The position numbers and the translations under genes were made by a program. DNA of 22,392 nt, from the IMG/VR virus record IMGVR_UViG_3300038829_000114; one strand, given 5' to 3'. Each line of letters starts with the position of its first letter. Position 1 is the stretch's first letter. Below are positions 16,217 to 22,271 of the stretch, one piece after another. The notes under the pieces are model-generated. The model was not told where the DNA came from, ran no database searches, and saw nothing but the letters and a program-made list of their open reading frames with translations. This stretch comes from a virus (taxonomy: Duplodnaviria; Heunggongvirae; Uroviricota; Caudoviricetes).

Positions 16217-16218
16217 TC

Positions 16219-16794
16219 ATGAGTGTTGGAAGTGCAATGCTTGAAGCTGAAAACCCCTACAAAAACCAAGTTATTCAGGCAACATGGGGCCACCTTGCGC
16301 CGACAAAGCATGTAACCTATCGTGGGTTTTTTACATTCGGCGTAGGTTGTTTTGAAAGCGGTTCCGTTCGCGTGTTGGCGTTTGAGTTTGGCGATTTGGA
16401 TAGCTCACCCTGGATGTACCAAAAGCTCCATGATTTTATCTTTCGCCACAAAGAAAGTTTTGGGGAACGTGGCTGCGTTTATCAATTCGTCGGGACTATC
16501 CGCAATTATTCGTTTTGTGGTAAGATCACAAAGGTTTTTGATGCAAACGTACCTGTCCAGCCGGTGCCTAAACCAAAGCCAAAAAAGCCGGTTGCTATCC
16601 CGCCACCGTCTGACAATATCGAATGGATTAAGGCCGTGGAAGCTGTCAAAGCGGGCGCTGGGTATATTCTCGAAACAACTACGATGTTTCACTATGTAAA
16701 CCCCAAAGGTAAACACGCGGTTTGTTACTGGGGTAGCTTAGACGCAAAAGAAGCTCAAACGACGTTGCGGACGTTAGCAACACAGGCTAACTAA
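16219..16794 (+). CDS. Two-domain hypothetical protein (TWGHLAP...DSSPWMY domain, Pro/Lys linker, C-terminal domain)
   Basis: ORF track; PVQPVPKPKPKKP linker; stop followed by TAGAGAC. Confidence 0.85.
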   Translation: MSVGSAMLEAENPYKNQVIQATWGHLAPTKHVTYRGFFTFGVGCFESGSVRVLAFEFGDLDSSPWMYQKLHDFIFRHKESFGERGCVYQFVGTIRNYSFCGKITKVFDANVPVQPVPKPKPKKPVAIPPPSDNIEWIKAVEAVKAGAGYILETTTMFHYVNPKGKHAVCYWGSLDAKEAQTTLRTLATQAN

Positions 16795-16873
16795 TAGAGA
16801 CACCATAGCTAAGACACTGGCTATTAGTTGGCGTCTAGGGTATAATAAACTCATAACGTAAAAGGGAATTAAC

Positions 16874-17221
16874 ATGAATGTTTTCGACAAACTTAATGCA
16901 GATGTTTACAAAAACACAGACCCGTATCCTGTCAAGCGAGAGGTAAAGCCAAAAGAGTTGCCGGGGTACAAGATTGACAAAGAAACACACCCCGATTTTA
17001 TGGCGGCAAAGGAAGAGTATCGGGAAGCTCAAAAAGTATGGCAGCGGCGCGAATATGAATTACAAGATCAGTTTAAGCGTGATTTGCTTGAGCATCTTGG
17101 TATTACAGGCCACCCCAAAGCCGATTTGCTTTATTCCTATGCATGGTCTCGTGGTCACTCCAGCGGCCTGCATGAAGTGGCTAACTGTGCGCTTGATCTT
17201 GTCGAACTGATTAAGGACTAA
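16874..17221 (+). CDS. Hypothetical protein (AW.RGHSSG..EV motif family)
   Basis: ORF track; AAAGGG RBS; promoter TGGCTA-17-TATAAT. Confidence 0.9.
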   Translation: MNVFDKLNADVYKNTDPYPVKREVKPKELPGYKIDKETHPDFMAAKEEYREAQKVWQRREYELQDQFKRDLLEHLGITGHPKADLLYSYAWSRGHSSGLHEVANCALDLVELIKD

Positions 17222-17400
17222 ACTATAAAAATACGCGCTGAATGACTATCAGCTAGTTGGTCTGAACCACCAATGAAGAAAGAGTATCGTTGCTCTAAAA
17301 AAGGTTTTCTAGGCTTGAATCGGCCCGTTATGGTAGCGACGTAACTAAGTAGCTGGAGGGGAAACCCTGAGAAGGCGGGCTTAGGCTACCACGATTTTTA
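17222..17400 (+). ncRNA. Candidate structured RNA in a 180-bp non-coding gap
   Basis: TGGTAGC 17331-17337 / GCTACCA 17385-17391; CTAAG/CTTAG; AGGG-GAAA-CCCT GNRA hairpin 17357-17368. Confidence 0.45.
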
Positions 17401-17485
17401 ACCCATCACATAGAGACACTATACATTAGTCAGTGGCTAAGGTGTCTCTATTCTGATAAACTGTTTTGAACGTAAAGGGGAATTT

Positions 17486-17716
17486 ATGAGCCATCCAGAC
17501 GACGAGCATTATGTTTACGGAACGGCTACAATCAAACGAAACTGGTTGATCCCTAACTCGTGGCACGTAGGCGGGCAAAAGGATAATCCATACCCGTACA
17601 TTTGTGAAACACTATCCGATGCGTCACGGATGGCACAAACCGTAGATCATTACAACAAGACAAACGAAATTAAAAAATTTGGTACCGACCTTAGCATTTT
17701 AACTCGAACGGTTTAA
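17486..17716 (+). CDS. Hypothetical protein, 76 aa
   Basis: ORF track; AAAGGGG RBS; promoter TGGCTA-17-TAAACT. Confidence 0.8.
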   Translation: MSHPDDEHYVYGTATIKRNWLIPNSWHVGGQKDNPYPYICETLSDASRMAQTVDHYNKTNEIKKFGTDLSILTRTV

Positions 17717-17800
17717 CAACTCTTTTAGAGACACTACCACATTAGACATTGACTGATGTGTCTAAGTAGGATAAACTGATTTTAAGTAAAGGGAAACAAA

Positions 17801-18004
17801 ATGCGAAAATCATACCGTGGTGAATACTGGGTTATTGTCAGTCACGATTCAGTAGGTGAAAAAATCTATTGGAGTAATCGTTGGGGCTGGACTGGTCTTG
17901 GTGAAGCCGATTGCTATAAAACGTACCAAAAACGTCTCTATGCGTTGCCTATGAATAGCGCACCCGTTAAGTGGGAAAACTTGCGGAGACAAAAGACATC
18001 TTGA
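17801..18004 (+). CDS. Hypothetical protein (YWSNRWGW motif), 67 aa
   Basis: ORF track; AAAGGG RBS; promoter TTGACT-17-TAAACT. Confidence 0.8.
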   Translation: MRKSYRGEYWVIVSHDSVGEKIYWSNRWGWTGLGEADCYKTYQKRLYALPMNSAPVKWENLRRQKTS

Positions 18005-18005
18005 T

Positions 18006-18034
18006 TTGACTTTAAGCTAAGTTAGTGGTAGAAT
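18006..18034 (+). promoter_or_regulatory. Sigma70 promoter TTGACT-17-TAGAAT (no TAGAGAC pair)
   Basis: Read directly from sequence. Confidence 0.7.
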
Positions 18035-18060
18035 ATATTTAAGTGAAAAGGAGTTACACA

Positions 18061-18393
18061 ATGGCCAATGAATCAATCCAATTTAATTTAGTCGAAGCAT
18101 TACGCCGGTTCGAGTGCTTTGGTGTTGCTGAAGGGCGTGTAACTTGGTGCATTGATGATTTGGTTAATCTCAAGTGGACTGTGCTTGCCTATGCTTCAGA
18201 GATGAGAAAGACAACCGCGCAAGGCTATATGGTTGTTGCCGGGCACTATGAAAAGCGTTGTCTTGGTTGGTATCAACTGACAGAGAAAGGCGCTAAGATC
18301 GTACTCAAGTGGCATGAAATGGGTGTTCACTGCTTTGATTACAATGTTGTTGGTACTCCCCCATTTTACAAAGATATTGAAAAACAACTCTAA
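18061..18393 (+). CDS. Hypothetical protein, possible winged-helix wing (WYQLTEKG)
   Basis: In-frame ATG of track ORF 18043-18393 after AAAGGAG; stop followed by TAGAGAC. Confidence 0.8.
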   Translation: MANESIQFNLVEALRRFECFGVAEGRVTWCIDDLVNLKWTVLAYASEMRKTTAQGYMVVAGHYEKRCLGWYQLTEKGAKIVLKWHEMGVHCFDYNVVGTPPFYKDIEKQL

Positions 18394-18471
18394 TAGAGAC
18401 ACCATAAACTAGCAATTGATTTAGTAGTCTCTATGGTGTAGAATAGATTCATAACGTGAAAGGAACACAAA

Positions 18472-18693
18472 ATGATTTTTCGTGATTATCTTGAAAAACT
18501 AAATGCCTTTGCGGAAAGTAACCCAAAGGTTCTCGATTTGCCTATTGTTGCTGAATTCCATTCGGATGAGGGTAATGCAGCTTATAAAGAGTTACAACAT
18601 GAACCCGTTGTTGCCGGATGGGATGGCCTAGACTGCTATACAATGCATGGCCAGGATGCTGATGCCCGCATGTGCGTTTTTATCAACCACTAA
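18472..18693 (+). CDS. Hypothetical protein, 73 aa
   Basis: ORF track; AAAGGA RBS; promoter TTGATT-17-TAGAAT. Confidence 0.8.
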   Translation: MIFRDYLEKLNAFAESNPKVLDLPIVAEFHSDEGNAAYKELQHEPVVAGWDGLDCYTMHGQDADARMCVFINH

Positions 18694-18703
18694 GGAACAA
18701 CAA

Positions 18704-18946
18704 ATGCTCAACGATTTTAACGACCCGTCAAGCGACTCTTGGATTTTCCGTAATTTCGGTAGAATCTCTACAGTCATGATTGTTATAGGTCTTTTAGCTG
18801 CTGTTATTCAAATTGGAGCAATTGTTTTCATTGCCGCTAAAACGGTTGACGCTGTTTCTGAAGAATGTACTGGTAAAGACGCGGCAAGTTGCGCGGGTGG
18901 GATTGCAGGAAAATTCAAAAAAGCATTTAACGAAGAGGCGAACTAA
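18704..18946 (+). CDS. Single-pass membrane protein, ~80 aa
   Basis: In-frame ATG of track ORF 18647-18946 after AAGGA; hydrophobic VMIVIGLLAAVIQIGAIVFIA. Confidence 0.8.
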   Translation: MLNDFNDPSSDSWIFRNFGRISTVMIVIGLLAAVIQIGAIVFIAAKTVDAVSEECTGKDAASCAGGIAGKFKKAFNEEAN

Positions 18947-18947
18947 C

Positions 18948-19121
18948 ATGGCTAAAACTTACAAAGATTTGCTCAAGTGGCTGGTTGCTATGCCGGATGC
19001 CCGACTTGAGGACACGGCTACAATCCAATTTGATGACGAATACTTTGCTGTAGACGATTTTGGAGTCTGTGATGACGGGGTGCTTGATGATGGCCATTTG
19101 TTTATGGTTGTCGGTGAATAG
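18948..19121 (+). CDS. Small acidic protein, 57 aa (MAKTYKDLL...DEYF...VLDDGH)
   Basis: In-frame ATG of track ORF 18813-19121 after GAGG. Confidence 0.8.
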   Translation: MAKTYKDLLKWLVAMPDARLEDTATIQFDDEYFAVDDFGVCDDGVLDDGHLFMVVGE

Positions 19122-19203
19122 CATCTAATAGAGACACCTTTAATCTCAGTTTGTGGAGTCTCTATAAATTTGTTAAACTGGTTTCAACGTAAAGGGGAAT
19201 TAC

Positions 19204-19395
19204 ATGAACAAATTAGCAGTTACACAGTTGCTCGAAGGTGTTGCCAACGAATTGCTTGGTATTGATGCCGACGATTTGACCACGGCTGAAAAAAACATTG
19301 TGCGGCGTCTCTATAACTTTCGGAAAGAAGAAAAGCTACCCGAACGTGAAGAACTTACGCGCCTTTATAACGAAGTCTCCAAGGGGCCACGATAA
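19204..19395 (+). CDS. Hypothetical protein, 63 aa
   Basis: ORF track; AAAGGGG RBS; promoter TTGTGG-17-TAAACT. Confidence 0.8.
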   Translation: MNKLAVTQLLEGVANELLGIDADDLTTAEKNIVRRLYNFRKEEKLPEREELTRLYNEVSKGPR

Positions 19396-19694
19396 TGCGC
19401 GGGCAAAAGTTTTTCAAAATATTTTTCGAGGAAAAGCAACTACCGGACGAACACTGGGAACTGGTTGCTGAAGATGGTACGCCTAACTATATCGGTACGG
19501 ATGTGGTTATCGAACACCTTACGATGGACGGGGCTGCTAATTACTTTGGTCCAGATGTTTACCGTAAGATTGAGGACACCATTCGGATGATTGACTTTAA
19601 GAATGGCAACGTAAACCATTATTTACACTTTTTGGCGTGTGGCTTGGCCGGGGCTAACCCTGAGCTACCTGAAAATAAATATCGCAAGGAATAG
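19395..19694 (+). CDS. Hypothetical protein (FFEEK...IDFKNGNV.HYL.FLA motif family)
   Basis: ORF track; TAATG overlap. Confidence 0.85.
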   Translation: MRGQKFFKIFFEEKQLPDEHWELVAEDGTPNYIGTDVVIEHLTMDGAANYFGPDVYRKIEDTIRMIDFKNGNVNHYLHFLACGLAGANPELPENKYRKE

Positions 19695-19806
19695 GCTTAT
19701 AAGCGTTCACAGCGGTATACCTCGGATAGAGATACCTTAACCCGTTACTTGTTTTCGTCCCTAAAAATAGGTATAATTAGGGACAAGATGAAAGGAGCAA
19801 AAAAAC

Positions 19807-19860
19807 ATGAGTCCATACACAATTTGGCCGGATGATTGGGATATTGGTGGGGAATCGTGA
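19807..19860 (+). CDS. 17-aa mini-ORF (MSPYTIWPDDWDIGGES) coupled to the next gene
   Basis: AAAGGAG RBS; TGA overlaps GTG at 19857. Confidence 0.4.
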   Translation: MSPYTIWPDDWDIGGES

Positions 19861-20156
19861 ACCAACTTACCTTAGACCAAAAGATCACGTTCAAAGGTGA
19901 GTTAGCCCGCTTTGGATATATTCATGATTTTCCCCGGTTGAACATGGAACACCTTGTTTTCCTTTGGTATCGGGTACGTGGTATCTCTATCACACAATTT
20001 CTCAAAGGCCGTAAATTCGTTTATCGGCCACGTTATGAGGAAATACTAGAGGCCCGTGCTAACAAACAAAAACGGGACTTAGGGGAGCGCTTAATCAAAG
20101 GGTTGTCGCAAGTGGGCCGGATTGGTTATAATTTCCACACAGCAACACACGTTTGA
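19857..20156 (+). CDS. Hypothetical basic protein, ~99 aa
   Basis: In-frame GTG of track ORF 19836-20156 after GGGGA. Confidence 0.7.
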   Translation: MNQLTLDQKITFKGELARFGYIHDFPRLNMEHLVFLWYRVRGISITQFLKGRKFVYRPRYEEILEARANKQKRDLGERLIKGLSQVGRIGYNFHTATHV

Positions 20157-20165
20157 AGGCACATC

Positions 20166-20336
20166 ATGAGTAGCTTAAAAGATCGCTGCAAGCACTGTAA
20201 AAGAGAACGTGGAAAGCATAAGGCTACCACGCATCATTGCCCTGTAGGAATGAAAACACGTATTGGATACCTTCAATTTCATCCTACACAGGTGTTTGAG
20301 TTAGGCAAAGAGTACAAAAACACTATTACTCTCTGA
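20166..20336 (+). CDS. Small Cys/His protein, 56 aa (CKHC...H...HCP); not in ORF track
   Basis: Hand translation MSSLKDRCKHCKRERGKHKATTHHCPVGMKTRIGYLQFHPTQVFELGKEYKNTITL; GAAGG RBS. Confidence 0.75.
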   Translation: MSSLKDRCKHCKRERGKHKATTHHCPVGMKTRIGYLQFHPTQVFELGKEYKNTITL

Positions 20337-20366
20337 TTTGACAATAGAGATAACCCCTGGTATAAT

Positions 20367-20448
20367 ATCTTATACGGTTGAGAAACTACCGGACGAGAGG
20401 GAAGGTCTGTTATTGGCTATAGTGGCGCGATTAGACTCCCACATGATC
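20367..20448 (+). ncRNA. 82-bp inter-promoter element, copy 4
   Basis: ATCTTATACGGTTGAGAAA..CCGGACG..GGGAAGGTCT-N24-AGACTCCCACATG; flanked by TTGACA-17-TATAAT (20338-20366, +) and TGATATACT (-). Confidence 0.6.
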
Positions 20449-20723
20449 AGTATATCACGTATCGCGCCATTTATCGCGCCACTTTGTCGTGATACCTCTA
20501 AAAGAGATAGTAAACCCAGGTGAGTCCATCAACCTTCCGCTTACTCACTAAGCACGAGCATGCTTTGTTGAAAGGTCGGGCTGGATTTACAAAACCATTA
20601 TGCCATAGAGACAACATTATTGCAAATAGGTTATAAAGTGTCTCTATCAGATATACTAAGGGAATTGGGTTGTGGTGTCTCTATGATGGTGTTATTATGA
20701 AGCGTAACGTAAAGGGGAATAAA

Positions 20724-20852
20724 ATGAAACCGACAGTAAAAGCGCGGAATTGGGGGAATGTAACCCTACAGTTTAAGTCTGGACGTGGTGTACACAAGGA
20801 CAAGTCTATGTACACGCGGAAAGTTAAACATAAGGGCAAAATTGACAAGTAG
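20724..20852 (+). CDS. Small basic protein, 42 aa (…HKDKSMYTRKVKHK…)
   Basis: In-frame ATG of track ORF 20670-20852 after TAACGTAAAGGGG. Confidence 0.8.
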   Translation: MKPTVKARNWGNVTLQFKSGRGVHKDKSMYTRKVKHKGKIDK

Positions 20853-20904
20853 TGTTGGTTCTGGTAAACTTATTACAACTGAAAACTTTTGAAATGGAGC
20901 TAAC

Positions 20905-21540
20905 ATGAAATTCAATATCAACAGCGGAAAAATTGTGGTGTCCGACCCGTGCTATGAAAATGGTGTAGAGTGTCGCCATCTTATCGAAAATGCTTTGGTT
21001 GGCGTGTGGGTTGCTGAAGTACGTCTCTCTGATGAAGGTTCATGGGGCCAACGTGTTTCCGAACTGGTTATCCGCCATGAAAGCTGTAAACTGACTGTTG
21101 AACCGTACAGTCTCGAATCGTCCGACATTGGTGTTGACTCTGGACAAGCTGGTTTCTTTGATGCCGATGCCTACCGTAAGGATGAACTCATTATCAAAAC
21201 GCCTGAATTTGATTTAGGCGATCATGGAAAAGGTGATGGGGATAAATGGTATAGTGCTTGCTGTGACCTTACCCTAAGCAATGAACGGGCCGGGGTGGTT
21301 GCTGAAACGGGTGTGGTCTCGTCCAGTGGCTTTGGCGATGGTTGTTATCAGTTGTTTGTTTCGACTAACACTGATGGTAAAGTGATTGCCGCAAAGATCG
21401 TTTTTATCGGGCCGGAAGAAGAAGAAGAAGAGGACGAATGCTGGGGCTGTAACAATCCCGAATCCGAATGTACCTGCTGCCAAGAATGTGGTAAGGGCGA
21501 TTGTGACGGGGAATGTCAAAACGAGCCGGAAGAGGACTAA
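20905..21540 (+). CDS. DUF4241-like protein with acidic, Cys-rich tail
   Basis: SGKIVVSDPCY, IGVDSGQAGFFD and SSGFGDGCY motifs; tail E7D-CWGC...CTCCQECGKGDCDGEC. Confidence 0.8.
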   Translation: MKFNINSGKIVVSDPCYENGVECRHLIENALVGVWVAEVRLSDEGSWGQRVSELVIRHESCKLTVEPYSLESSDIGVDSGQAGFFDADAYRKDELIIKTPEFDLGDHGKGDGDKWYSACCDLTLSNERAGVVAETGVVSSSGFGDGCYQLFVSTNTDGKVIAAKIVFIGPEEEEEEDECWGCNNPESECTCCQECGKGDCDGECQNEPEED

Positions 21541-21622
21541 ATCTTTTAGAGACACTATAGACAGTGACTTGAGGTGTCTCTAGTTGTTTGGTAAAATGGT
21601 TGATAAGTGAAAGGGAAACAAC

Positions 21623-21850
21623 GTGAAAGATTATCTCTATTATGTTATTGTTGCTTGTACAGGGACTCCAAAGCAGGTTTGGGCAGCTAGTCCGTTTCAA
21701 GCCGCGCTAAAAGCTCATTCGGAGTATGTCCACTCAGCATTAGTAAACGGCCATTTTTACGATTATGAATGTGCCATACAGGTTTCCGATGACTACGATG
21801 GTAAAGTAAATCTACAAGCGTTTCAATTCTCTTACCCTAAGAAGGTGTAA
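21623..21850 (+). CDS. Hypothetical protein, 75 aa
   Basis: ORF track; AAAGGGA RBS; promoter TTGAGG-17-TAAAAT. Confidence 0.75.
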   Translation: MKDYLYYVIVACTGTPKQVWAASPFQAALKAHSEYVHSALVNGHFYDYECAIQVSDDYDGKVNLQAFQFSYPKKV

Positions 21851-21851
21851 C

Positions 21852-22271
21852 ATGGACAAATGGCTTAAATTTTGGGAAGTTGTTGACGCAATCGACTGGC
21901 GTAGCCACCAAGACTACAACAAGGGTGGGGCCATTATGTTTAACAACCTAAAGCTATCTAAGGCTGAAGTTAGAACCTTGCGTGGTGTTAAGCAAGCCTA
22001 TTTCAAACCGTTGTGGGATAAGCTGCTGGTTATGTTCAATGCCGATCATGACAAAGACTATCATATGTCTGATGACTCTCTATCTGACCTTTGTGACGAG
22101 ATTATTGGCCGGGGGTGGTCTTACTATAAAACAGTTATGGAATGCCCGGAAATCGCTATTAAAATGGCACGGGCTAACGATTATGAAGAATCGTTTTCAT
22201 ACTGTTTTCAAGGTGCTTATGATGACTCGGATAGAGACACTGACTTAGCTGATTTGAATAGCGCCAACTAG
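21852..22271 (+). CDS. Hypothetical protein, DUF4240-like pattern
   Basis: FWEVVD...SDDSLSDL...IIGRG..YY..V...P resembles the DUF4240 pattern (by eye only). Confidence 0.6.
   Translation: MDKWLKFWEVVDAIDWRSHQDYNKGGAIMFNNLKLSKAEVRTLRGVKQAYFKPLWDKLLVMFNADHDKDYHMSDDSLSDLCDEIIGRGWSYYKTVMECPEIAIKMARANDYEESFSYCFQGAYDDSDRDTDLADLNSAN

Noticed and set aside
17345-17391. TPP riboswitch (CUGAGA)
   Set aside because: Lacks the downstream CCUGAU...GCGUAGGGAA half.
9295-20448. Conserved peptide (MW(E/K)S...) on the minus strand of the 82-bp element
   Set aside because: Stops after 6 codons in copy 1 and 24 in copy 4, stays open in copy 2 and is absent in copy 3; no RBS.
2103-22248. Overlapping antisense or alternative-frame ORFs in the track (e.g. 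2103, 2862, 6579, 6943, 8505, 9631, 9985, 10216, 10516, 10706, 11263, 11694, 13058, 13167, 14012, 14481, 15905, 16000, 16352, 16405, 16835, 16974, 18196, 18927, 20338, 21274, 21386, 21404, 21982)
   Set aside because: They shadow better-supported genes or cross regulatory elements, and lack an RBS, module promoter or recognisable motif.
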